From NCBI RefSeq assembly GCF_018977255.1, contig NW_024704742.1, forward strand, positions 67,582,001-67,646,000: 64,000 nucleotides of DNA, in the 5' to 3' direction. The DNA is from Callorhinchus milii (taxonomy: Eukaryota). A program made the translations under genes and the position numbers. The notes under the pieces were generated by a model that saw only the letters and a list, made by a program, of their open reading frames with translations, made no database searches and was not told the DNA's origin. This document shows, piece by piece, positions 1 to 11,760 of the stretch. The number at the start of each line of letters is the position of its first letter. Position 1 is the first letter of the stretch.

Positions 1-1580
1 ATTAGACTTGTAGAGTAATTCACTCCTGTGTGTCTCTTTCTCTTTGTCATTCTCTCTCTCTGAGCAATTATTCCCTATACACACATATATTTATAAGTGT
101 ATTAGACTTGCAGAGTAATTCATTAAACTCTCTCTCTCTCTCTCTCTCTCCAGTTAAGCTTTCATTCTGATTTTCTGACAATGGGCGCTTTTAAACTCTG
201 TCTGAACTTCCTTCACATTCTTTTATATTTCAAGCCCTGATGGTGTGCAATAAATCAGGGCTTGTGATCTTGCCCCCGTGTTGTTTTGGGCTGAGGGTGG
301 GGGGGGGAGGGGGGGGGGTTGTGGTGCGTGTGTGGGGGTGGGGGTGAGTGTTGGGATAGGAGAGGGGAGAGGCAGAGGGAGAGAGGGAGAGAGTGAATGA
401 ATGGAGGATGGTTAGAGGAGGCTCTGGTATTTGTTCAGTCCCAGACTCCAGATGTTCAGCTGCTGGTGTGGGAAGCGTTGCTGGCGCCACTCGGGGCAGA
501 GGGCAAGGCAGAGGCACGCGATTTGGGGGAAGAAATATTCAGTCACACGAAACATTTGGCACATTCCCCAGCACTCGGCTGGACATCTGTTCCAAAAAAA
601 CTTTTTTAATAGCTGCTTTCTGAGCGGGATACACTGACTGCAGCTGTTTCATGTGAAGGAGAGAGAATTAGAGGGAGGGGGAGAGAGAGAGAGAGAAAGA
701 AGGGAAACTTATACAGCCACAGTATAACTCTACGTGAATAGAGTTGTTACAGTCTTTATAACGCAGTAAAATAAATCTCTCAAAAAAAATGTTTATCATT
801 AGCACAGAAAAAGGAAAGTCTTTAACTTTTTTTTGGAGCCCTCGGATTTGTTGGTAAAAGAAAAGTTTGCCTTTTTTTTACACACCAGTTTTAGTTGGTT
901 TGTTTTAATTTGACCCAAGGTTAGTTACAGAGAGAGAAAAAAAATCAGGAGTTTATTTAAAGAGGTGGCGAGGGAATTTTAACACAAGCCAATTCCAACC
1001 AGGGTCAAGAAAGTAGCATTTTCAGAATTCAGCAAAATGTTGAATTCAGTCTTAACTTCAAAGTTTTTAACTTTTTCCCTCTGTAATTCACAAGAGTGTT
1101 TCGATTGAAGAAAACCCCTTCGGCTTATTTGATTTGTTCCTTTCAGAATACCTTGCACTACACCCCCCCACCTCCCACTCCATCGCAGTGTTAAGCTGGT
1201 TTTTAAAATGATCCTTAAGAGAAAGGTTCAGAGAAAATCAGTTTCAAAATTAAAGGCCGTTGCTTAAGAGTCTGACACAAAAATACACAGTCACTTAAGT
1301 TTACAATATATCCTGTGAAGCGCTTTGAGACATCTCAACGATGTGATAAGGCGCTATATCAAATGTAAGGATTATTATTATTTATTATTATGGCCATCCT
1401 AAAATGCTACATAAACAGAGTGAATCTAGAGTGTTTCGTGCTATTGTGATAATAGCACACCCACCCAGTGGTGCAATGTAAAGTGACACAATTGTCACTT
1501 TAATTTTCCTGAATTAAGATACCCACTCCCACACAAAGTCACTGATTCACATTGGGGGTAAGGTTCTGTCAGGGCCAGTT

Positions 1581-1927
1581 TAATAATAACAATCCTTGCA
1601 TTTGATACGGCTCCTTATCACGTCGTTGAGACGTCTCAAAGAACTTCACAGAATATATTGTAAAGTGGATTTACTGCATATTTTGTGGGCGAAACGTGGC
1701 AGTTAATTGCACACAGCAGTGTCCCACAAACAGTCGTGGATTGAGTGATCAGTCANTTTTTTTGAGGGATTATTAGTCCCTGAAAGCTATCTGCCAATTA
1801 ATTAACAAGTGGGTTGCTAGGTAAACAGAGGTGTGCAAAGTAAAGAAACTTGCCTAAGGTATCAAACTCGGGCTAGGGCCTCTTGCGTGTGAGGCAAGCG
1901 CGCTAACCACTATGCTACAGGACTCCA
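1581..1927 (-). mobile_element. tRNA-derived SINE family A, full length
   Basis: Head gtggagtcctgtagc..tggttag (A box) and ggttcga-like B box, conserved body, (att)n tail. Confidence 0.92.
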
Positions 1928-2074
1928 CAGTCATCAGGAAGAACAGGATTCCATGGTTGATTTTCTATCCCTTCCTAGCCCAGGGACACTGAGTACAATT
2001 GTGGTGCCTTCAATTAGATAACGCAGCACAGACTGGGAATTGAACCCACAAACCTCTGATCCATATGGGTCAAG

Positions 2075-2382
2075 CTGCAGAGTATTCAGAACTCTGCAGC
2101 TGATGTCCTCTCCCGCACCAAGCTCCATGAGCCTGTCACCTCCACACTCACCCGGCTTCACTGGTTCCCCATCTCCCGGTCAATAGAGTTTAAGATTCTG
2201 GTCCTCACCTTTAAAGCCCATCATGGATCTACCCCTCCTTACCTCTGCAACCTGCTAAAACCTTACCAGCTCGACAGGCACTGCCCATCTTGCCAATACC
2301 ACCATTGGGAGTCAGGCCTTGAGCTCTCTGGAAATCCATCCTGGAGCCCCTCTGCATCGCTCCTTCCCTTGCCTCCTTCATG
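2075..2382 (+). mobile_element. L2 (LINE2) 3' fragment
   Basis: Matches the post-RT region (KLQ.IQNSAA...LHWLP...FK) of the longer L2 copies in this window. Confidence 0.85.
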
Positions 2383-2664
2383 ATGGTCATGGTAGTGGGG
2401 AAACCATAGGAGATTTTACAGTCAAATTAAAAATCAACATGTCTGCCTAAGAAAGAGAGGTTCTGCCAGTTAAACAGCAGTGGTACGCTTCCATCTGTAA
2501 GGCTCATGCTTGAAAGTCATACGCAGACCGAATTAATCATTTATTGATCAATTTCAAACACACAAAATCAATTGTGTGAGAATGCTACTCGGGGCATTGA
2601 CAGAGAGACACAGCACTCCTGACCAATTTTACATGCTAATTCCACAAATTCCATCTTTGCACTT

Positions 2665-3027
2665 GTGGAATCCTGTAGCGTATTGATTAGAGCACTCACC
2701 TCGCAAGCGAGAGGACCTGGTTTCGATTCCTGGAAGGGGGATACCTTAGACAAGTTTCCTTACTCCACACGCCTCTATTTACCTAGCAGTAAGTAAGAAC
2801 CTAGTTGTTAGTCGATTGGCAGATCACTTTCTGGGGATAATAATAACAAATAATTTGGTCACTCAATCGATGACTGTTTGTGGGACACTGCTGTGTGCAA
2901 TTGGCTTCTGCATTTTGCCCACAAAATATACAGTAAATTCACTTTACAGTATATTCTGTGAAGCACTTAGAGACGTCTCAAAGACATGATAAGGCGCTAA
3001 ATGAAATGCCAGGATTATTACTATTAT
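2665..3027 (+). mobile_element. SINE family A, full length
   Basis: Same consensus, with A and B boxes. Confidence 0.93.
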
Positions 3028-3513
3028 TGATTTTATGTGCAAATTCCTCAATTTCCACCTTTCCATTGAATTCCCACTGAGATAAACAGAGCGGTTCATT
3101 GTCATGTCTTGCAGATTTAAATCCCACGTTGAGAAACTATCCATGTTCCAATATACTGTGTATAAAAAAAACTCTGACTGGAATGATAGCAAAAATGGAA
3201 AGGCTAATTCCGTACTAAGCAAAATGTTCGTGTGGGACTGCCTGTGACGATCAACTTCCATTATCCTTAGGCGTCTGAATGAATTTAATGAGTCCGGTCA
3301 GCCCAGCGATTGTACTGTGAACCTTTTCATGAGCCAAAATTGCCTGGGTGGAGGTTTGTGGCCAGGTTCAGCGACTGCCAGGCAAGGGGCTAGCAATAAA
3401 ATGAGCAGGAACATTGCCTATCTGAGCAGGAGCTGATTTTAGTTGATTTACTTTGATCATCCTCCTACCCCCTTGCCCTCCACCCCTCTTGATTCCATAC
3501 TCTATCTTAGGTG

Positions 3514-4040
3514 CTTAGGTGTCGGCCTCCCCAACTCTTCCTTTCACAAGCTGCAGATCAGCCAGAACTCTGCAGCTCATGTCTTCTCCCGCACCAAGCT
3601 CCGTGACTCCAGTAATCCCACCCTCAACCGGCTCCACTGGCTCCCCATCCCTCAGAGGACAGAATTCAGAATCCTCGTCCTCACTTTCAAGGCCCCCCAT
3701 GGTCTTGCCCCCTCCTGCATCTCTGACCTGCTGAACCCCAATCAACCTGTCCACTCCCTCCGCTCAGCAGGCTCCGGCCCGACCGACCTGCCCTACGATT
3801 GCAGCCGGGCTTTCAACCTGTCTGGCCCCACTCTTTGGAACTCCATCCCACAATCCCTTTGCCTTGCTCCCTCTCTTGCCTCCTTGAAGGCACGACTCAA
3901 AATTCTCCTTTTTGACCTGCCTTCAAGCGTCCTCCTACCCCCTTTGCCCTCCCTCATACCAACCCTGCTCCCCCCACGCTCGAGTCCAGATCCCTGACTA
4001 TCCAGCGCCTTGGGACATCGTCCCTACGTGAAAGGCACTA
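3514..4040 (+). mobile_element. L2 3' fragment
   Basis: ORF 3443-3997: GLPNSSFHKLQISQNSAAHV...LHWLPIPQRTEFRIL, followed by the L2 3' tail. Confidence 0.92.
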
Positions 4041-4041
4041 T

Positions 4042-4412
4042 GTGGAGTCCTGTAGTGTAGTGGTTGGAGCTCTCGTCTCACAAGCGAGAGGACTTGGGTT
4101 CATTTCCCAAACAGGGTGAAACATTAGGCAACTTTCCTTATTCCACATGCTTCTGTTGACCTAGCAATAAGTAGGAACCCGGTTGTTAGTCGATTGGCAC
4201 ATCTCTTTTACGGAGGTAATAGTCCCTTCAAATATAAAATTTAAAAAAAATTTGATCACTCAATTCATGATTGTTTGTGGGACATTACTGAGCACAATTG
4301 GCTACCACATTTCTGCCAAACAATATACAGTCAATTCAGTTTACACTATATTCTGTGAAGTACTCTCGAAGACATGATAAGGCTTTATATCAAATGTAAG
4401 GATTATTATTAT
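4042..4412 (+). mobile_element. SINE family A, inserted in an L2 tail
   Basis: Same consensus; the L2 tail resumes after 4412 (aaatgtaatttgttgtt). Confidence 0.92.
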
Positions 4413-5185
4413 ATAAATGTAATTTGTTGTTAGTGGAGGGTATGCATATTCAGTAATAACGGAGAAGGAGGATACTTTCTATCAGGCGTCACTGTATTGT
4501 CATCAGGAGGAACATTGCACTGCTTGGGTGAGCCCACTGTGTGGTATTTGTCTTGGGATACTGATTTCCTTTACCCCCCCACCCTCTTGCCCTCCCATAC
4601 ACTTACAGACACACAGTGTTTAAATGAACTCCTGCTTTAAACGTTTCAAGGTCAGGCGGCTGTGATCCTGCCGCAGTTGGATATTTCTTGTTAAAGTGCC
4701 ACTGTTTAAGCTTGGCTGGCAAGCTGGTCCGTCAGCATAGAGCAGCCACAGTAATAATAGAAATAACAACGATAACAATACTTGTATTTGTATAGCGCCT
4801 TATCATGTTGTCGAGATTTCACAAAGCGCCTCACAAGATTTCTACCTTGAATAAAAATAATAATAATAATCCTTGCATTTGATGTCACTACTTCTCACGG
4901 TATTGAGACGTTTCAAAGCGCTTTGCAGAATATACTCTATAGTGGAGTGACTGTATTTTGTGGACAAATCGAGGCAACCAAATACACAAAGCAGCGTCCC
5001 ACAAACACCCATGGATTGAGTGATTTTTTTCAGAGCAAAGGATTATTACTCCCAGAAATAATTAAGTGCAGTGACTGTATATTTGTAGGCAAACGTGGTA
5101 GTCAATTTGCATGCAGCAATCTCCCACAAACAGCCGTGAAGTAAATGCCCAATTCTTTCTGTTATTATACCCAGAAGAGGGTGGG

Positions 5186-6650
5186 TCAAAAAACCCACCC
5201 TCGATCCCTGTAATCTCTCACATTACCGTCCCATCTCCAACCTACCCTTCCTTACCAAAGTCCTGGAACGCATTTTGCAGGTAAACTTTGGTCACACTTC
5301 TCCCTCCTCGAGCCCCTGCAGTCTGGAGTTCACCTGCTCACAGCACAGAGACAGCGCTTGTCAAAGTCACAAACGACATTCTCTCTATCTGTGACCAGGG
5401 CTCCCTCTGCCTCCTCGTCCTCCTGGATCTTTCTGCCACGTTCAACACAGTCCACCACACCATCCTCCTCCATTGCCTCTCCTCCCTTACCTTAGTGGAC
5501 CCGCACTCACATGGTTTGAGTCTTACTTAACCAACTGCCTCCATTTCATCTCAGCAAATTGTTTCTCCTCCCAGCCACACCCGGTCACCTGCAAGGCACC
5601 CCAGGGCTCCATCCTTGGCCCTCTTCTTTTCCTCATCTATATGCTCCCTCTGGGCAATGTCATCCGCAGACACAGGGTAAACTTCCACATGTTTGCAGAT
5701 GACACACAAATCTACGTTGCCTCCTCCAGTACCAACTCCAGGTCCACCGAGGTTCTATCAGCTTGTCTGACAGACATCAGGGCCTGGATGAGTGTAAACT
5801 TCCTGCAATGAATATGGACAAGACGGAAGCCATACTCCTTGGTTCCCGTCAATCTTCATTCTTGCAGATCTAAACTCCTCAACCTCCCTGGGCTTTCCCT
5901 CAGACTCACTGAACCAGTGAGCAATCTAAGCGTCCGGTTCAACCCCAGCTGTCCTTCCTCCCCCACATCTGGTCCCTGACCAGAACCGTCTTCCTCCACC
6001 TCCGCCACATTGCCCGCTTCCGACCGTACCTTACCCCAAATGCAGCTGAAACCCTTGTGCATGCGTTTGTCACCTCCCACCTGGATTACTCAAGCGCACT
6101 TCTCACCGGTCTTCCCAACTCCACCATTCACAAGATGCAGCTCATTCAGAACTCTGCTGCCCGCATACTGACCCGGACCAAAATCTGTACTCATATCTCA
6201 CCAGTTCTGGCCAGGCTGCACTGGCTTCCCATCACCGAACGGATCGACTTCAAGATCCTCACACTCGAGTTCAAATCCCTTCACTCTCTGGCACCTCCCT
6301 ACCTGTCCGACCTCCTCACTCCCCAATTCACCTCCCAGCACCTCCGTTCGACTGGCAATGGCTTCCTGCTCGTCCCTCGCACCCTCCACTCCACCATCAG
6401 AGATCGCACTTTCAGCCACTACACCCCGAAACTCTGGAACGCAATCCCTCAATCCCTCCGTCTTGCCCCGTGTCTCCCCTTTTTCAAGTCCCGTTTGAAA
6501 ACCTTCCTCTTCGACCGTGCTTATGGCCATCTCCCCACTCCCCCCACCAGCTCGGAGTCAGGCTGCGCCACAGATGCAATACTAGGGCCCCGCATCTGAG
6601 ATGCTACCCTACGTGGAGGGCGCAATATAAGTGCAAGTTGTTGCTGTTGT
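5186..6650 (+). mobile_element. L2 element, 5'-truncated with frameshifted reverse transcriptase
   Basis: HSTETALVKVTND, LLDLSA.F, PQGSILGPLLF, FADDTQ motifs; ends in a (gtt)n tail. Confidence 0.96.
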
Positions 6651-7240
6651 CGTTGTTTCTGTGGGGTGGTGGGGGAGGGTGATTGTTCGCCAGGACACCG
6701 GGAGAAATGCCCTTCTTTTTTCAAGTAGCTCCAAGAGACCTTTAACAACCGCCTGAACAGGCAAACGGGACCTCAGTTTAACATAGGACAGCACCTCCGA
6801 CAATGCAGCGGACACCCAGCACAGCATTGAAGTGTCAGTTAAGACTGTGAGTTCAAAGTTCAGCCTTCTGACCCAGAAACAAGAGTACTACTGACTGAGT
6901 TAGGCTGAGCATTCATGTTGCCCTTCACAATGTCCACAGTTGCCCTTTCCTTCTCTGGGGTATTGCGGGGCCCCGTTATTCAAGGTTTCAGGGGATGGAA
7001 ATTGCAGTGCATTTTACAGTGCTGTCGTAATCCAAATGATTTTTCTTAGGAGAAGAAAAGTGAGATAGTCCATTTATCACTTGCTTTATGTTGTCTGCTG
7101 CTCACTCTCTGTGATGATATAAAAGTAAAACTCTTTCCCTTTCTGCTTTTGATTGTCCAGTGCTCTGGTCAGGCCCACAACTAGAGATTGCATACAGTTC
7201 TGCTCCCTGCAACATAATGGGCCACCTGGCGCTCAAGGCA

Positions 7241-7525
7241 ACAACAACAACTTACATGTGTATAGGGTCTTTCACATCGGGAGGACGATCCAAAGCGCTG
7301 GACAGTCAAGGATATGCACCCTTGCTGGGGGTTGGGATCAGGAGAGGTGGAGGGCAGGGATAGGAGGGTGACCGAAGACACAGTCGAAGAAGTGGGTCTT
7401 GAGACAGGCTTTGAAGGAGGAAAGGGAGGCGGTGAGGCAAAGTGACTGTGGAATGGAGTTCCAAAAGGTGGGGACAGAAAGGCTGAAGGCCCGACTGCAG
7501 ATGATGGGTTGGGCACGATGGGGAG
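7241..7525 (-). mobile_element. L2 3' end
   Basis: (caa)n tail; reverse translation RAFSLSVPTFWNSIPQSL. Confidence 0.85.
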
Positions 7526-7544
7526 GCAGTGCAGAGTAAAGCAA

Positions 7545-7885
7545 CAGGATGATCCCCAGTGTTGGAAGAATGAGCTGTGAGCAACGATTAGATAAGATGG
7601 GATTCTTCTTGAGACAACACGTACCAGAAGATTGTATCAAGGTGTCTACATTTTTAAATAGGATTGGAAAAGTAACCCCAGATCAATCCTTTAGGATGCA
7701 CCAAAACAGTAAAACAAGAGGATATAGGGCAATAAAGGCAATAAAGTTGTAAAAGGCAATTTCAGGAGAGACACCAGGACGTCTTTCTTTATCCAGAGTG
7801 TAATCAATGACTGGACCAGATTACCAGGAAGAGTGGTTGAGACCAGGACATTGGACTCACTTAAAAAGCAGTTTGATCCCATGAT
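7545..7885 (+). mobile_element. CR1 3' fragment
   Basis: MIPSVGRMSCEQRLDKMG...KTRGY, a degenerate CR1 ORF2 C-terminus. Confidence 0.75.
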
Positions 7886-9529
7886 GGGAATTCTGGCTGT
7901 TTGTGGGACATTGCTGTGCACAACTGTGCTGCCACATATACATACAAATACACAGTCACTTCATTTCACAGTAATTCCTGTGAAGCGCTTTGAGACGTCC
8001 TTCCAAGGTGATAAGTGCTATATCAAATCAATATTATGATTATTATTATCATTAGCATGGCTAAGGTGGTAGCACTCTTGCTTCTGAATCAGAGATTGGG
8101 TATTTGAGCCACTTTGTCCCTCTCTATGGAATTTTATTCAAAATCTCTTTGACTTGTGCCTTCTTTTCCTTCCTTCAAAGCTTTTTAGGATGTTTACCGT
8201 CCACCTGAACAAGCAGATAAGACCTTGATTTAATGTCTCATCCAGACGACAGTATCTCCAACAATGCAGCGCTCCCCCAGCTATTTGCAAAGACAGGAGT
8301 GCTACAACTGAGCCAGACTGACACTAAATGTAGGCATGTAGAGGAGTAATATAAGCAAACACCTCATCTAATTTGCATCAGCAATGTCCCCATCAACAGC
8401 AATTAATTGAAAGCAAACGAATGAATTTTCTTTGGTGGTTTTTAGATGCTTTGAAGAGCATTGTCAAGAGAATTTTATTGCTTTTCAAGATATTGCCATG
8501 CAATCTTTATTGGATCTTTAATTTGAACAGTCAGATGAAAAACGCTTCACAGAACATACTGTCAAGTGAATTGACTGTGCATTTTGGGGCGAAATGTGGC
8601 AACCAATTGCACGCATTAGTGTCCCACAAACAGTCATGGTTTGAGTGACCAAATTAATATTGTTTTTTTTGAGGGTTTATTATCCCTGGAAAAGTGATAC
8701 GTCAATCGACGAACAACCGGGTTCCTACTTATTGCGAGGTAAACAGAGGCGTGTGGAGTAAGGAAACATGCCTAAAAGTTTCCCAGCCCTGCACTGTAGA
8801 GTTATCCCAGATTACGAGCTGGGATGCTGATAGTGGGAAGCTCAGACCCACTACGCGCTGACCCAGAGGCGAGCTTGCTAACCCAGGCCAAGCATTCAGT
8901 CTGAAAAGGATCTGTGAGGTTTTGTTTTGCTTTTAATTGCAAGGAAACAGCCAGAGCCATGCCATTATTTCAGAGTATTAGATGACAACTGTCATAGCTT
9001 GTTAGAAAGGAATTACATGTTTAGTCTACCCAAAAATACCTTATCAGCTATTAAGTGAAAGATTCAATTGTTGAGAGTCGAAGGTGCACAGATTTCATTT
9101 CTGATGGTTTGGAAACACAACCTAATTGGATCAGACATTGATACCATCACAGTATGAAAATAATCAGCCAAAATGTTGAAAATGTTGACTTTAAAATGTT
9201 CCTATTTCTCAGATTAGGTTTGACATAAGAAATGCGTTACTCTTCATTGTTGGAAGACACGTGGGATTAATATATTTTTCTTTTTGTGATGAACTTCCAA
9301 GACACCTTTGGTGCCCAATTAAATGAAGTCACAAGATCATAATAATAATCTTGTTATTATTAACAAGATTTGATGTAGTGTTATTTGATTTAGTGCCTCA
9401 TTACATCGTTGACAAGTCTCAAAGCGCTTCACAGAATATGTCCTCCCGACATGAAAGGCACTATACCAATGTAATTTGCTCTTGTTGTTGAATATATTGT
9501 GCAGTTCAAATTTGGGTTGTATTTTGTGG

Positions 9530-9865
9530 GTGAAAGATTGGTTCAGTTTAAGAAGGGCCTAAAGTCCATTTGATCTCATCCTATCATCTTCCCATCACAG
9601 CTTCAAGCTGCTTTTCAAATGAGTCCCAGTGTCCTGGCCTCAACCACCCTCCCTGGCGACCTATTTGTGTCATTGATGACCTCCCTGGGTAAAGAAAAAC
9701 TTCCTGCTATCTGTCTTGAAATTGCTCGTTGCAAATCTACTGGTGCAACCTAATGTATTATTCTGGGTTCGCTTTTTCAATCCCATTTAGAGTTTTTTTG
9801 CACCACAAGGTCCCCTCTACAAGGTTCTCTCGGAGTGGTCTTATCTCAGGACTGAAGCTCCCTAG
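9530..9865 (-). mobile_element. CR1 3' fragment
   Basis: Reverse translation RLDKLG.FS...LRENLVE...GIEK. Same family as 23215-23395 and 57535-57700. Confidence 0.7.
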
Positions 9866-10125
9866 CTTGTCAGCAGGGCGAAACCTTGGGCAAGTTTCCT
9901 TACTCCACACGCCTAATAATAATCCCTCCAAAACCCAAAACAATAATAAATTGGTCATTTTCAATCTACGACTGTTTGTGGGACATTGCTGTGCGCAATT
10001 GGCTGCCACGTTCGCCCACAAATATACAGTCAATTCACTTTACAGTGTGTTCTGTGAAGCGCTTTGGGACGTCCTCCCGACGTGAAAAGCGCTATATCAA
10101 ATGCAAGGATTATTATTATTATTAT

Positions 10126-10392
10126 AAAGTGGTCCAACTGACAGCCCATGGCCCATATCCAGCTCAGGGATTGATTTCATCCGGCCCGCCAACCATTTCC
10201 AACTTCATTGACCAACAAGCAAATACAGGCGACACACAGGCCCCAAGCCGATCAGGGGACTGTCACCACGGACTTGGGCTCTGCCGGCAACGTGACTGGC
10301 CGATCAGGATAAAATATTGCTGATGTGGCCCACAGACCTTTCTCAATTTTAGCTTTTAACCCTCAGCAGCCAAGAGGTTGGACCCTCACTGG
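10126..10392. mobile_element. hAT/Charlie-like MITE remnant
   Basis: Ends agtggtccaac / gttggaccctcactg with internal ggccc and cggcccgc subterminal repeats. Confidence 0.6.
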
Positions 10393-10699
10393 CCTAGAAT
10401 ATATGAGTTCAATGTCCCAATGTGGAGCATGAACCCACAACCTTCTGAACTTGATGCTTCAAATTTCTCTTAGTCATAACCTTAAGCCCATTATTTTGTC
10501 TTAAATTTTAAGATAGATGCAGAATTTTGGAAAACTTGAGTCTTAATTTGGAAACTTTTTTTTAACAACCACATCTTTAAACTTGAACTTTTAGATTATT
10601 TCCCCCCAAATTATGTGCCATCTTAAATTTGGAGAGAATAATAGTAATAATTCTTGCATTTGATATAACGCCTTATCACTCAGGGACCTAGGGGTTTTT

Positions 10700-11760
10700 G
10701 AAACCTGTTTTTGATTCATGCATCTGAGTTCATTAATGGCCTTGAGAATAGCTGCTTGTATATTTGTTGTTTATCCCTCGATCCAGCGAAACTGGTCATC
10801 TATTATGGACTTTACAGGGGATTTATGGTTGATTCAAACTCTCTTTTATGTCTATCCATAATGTAAAGCAGAGTCAGCTGCTAAACAGCTCAGGAGCAAA
10901 CTTGGCGCTTGATGGGTTAATTAATCTTATGCTATTCTGGCCTGGTTTTAACGAGAGATCCCGGTGATAAATCGCATTCTGTCATTTCAGGAATGATCGA
11001 GCAAGAGGAAGTGACATTTCACAGAAACCATCACCCAGGGCGAGCAAGCACTGACCAGCCAAAACCGACAAGGGAAACAGACTCGCACAAGAAACTGAAG
11101 GCCAGCTATAAAAGAAGACTTTTTTTTTGCAGGTTTTATCTGCGGCCAAATGAAACCGCGTTGACGGTAAAGCCATCCCTTGCAGTAGCGGGGAAAACAA
11201 TATTGTTCTGTACGCACAGCGATTTTGTGGGGACGAAACCTGTTCAGCACTTTCCTCTTTGTGTTCAACTGGAGGGTAATGTTGACTTTCACCCATCCAT
11301 CACTTTAATAGCACAGATAACAGGATAATGAAGAATTAATTAACAATTTTATGTTGATAGTTTTGTTTGACAGAGTTAAGGTCAGGTCCTCTGAGACTGA
11401 GTTTGCAAAGGGACCTACATTATGGTACGTGCCCCTCCCCCCATACCATCCAACCATTAATCGTTGCTTCTTACTGCAGACTGGCACTTAGTGGCTTCAG
11501 TATTGACTAGCCGCCTTCCTGTGGTAAAAACCCTCCGAAGTCTGGTTCATCAGGTGGTCGCTACTATCACTTCCGATGGTCACTTCCTGTGTGCTGCATG
11601 TGCTTGTTACACACAGGAAGCATCTCTGATCTTACTTCCTGAATTTGTTCATGCCATTCTCAGGAAGCGCCTCTGACATTACTTCACAAAGCGGGCAACA
11701 GCACAACGTGCCGGAAGTGACATCAGTAGTGGCCTGACAAGCAGGAAGTCAGTCATCTTT
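10700..11760. promoter_or_regulatory. Candidate enhancer: repeat-free island with a dense ETS cluster plus GATA and RUNX motifs
   Basis: Eight (A/C)GGAAG sites in 11515-11749, TGTGGT at 11520, GAGGAAGTG near 11006, WGATAA motifs near 10966, 11136 and 11314. Confidence 0.5.

Noticed and set aside
231..264. Hairpin as a possible pre-miRNA
   Set aside because: The stem is only 11 bp, too short for a Drosha/Dicer substrate.
2665..2740. tRNA gene-like A/B boxes (also at every SINE head)
   Set aside because: They run directly into SINE body and tail, and no complete cloverleaf is evident; these are not tRNA genes.
8790..8905. Three consecutive hairpins resembling a tRNA or structured ncRNA
   Set aside because: The reverse complement aligns loosely with the tRNA-derived head of the Deu-SINE family, so it is probably a decayed SINE head.
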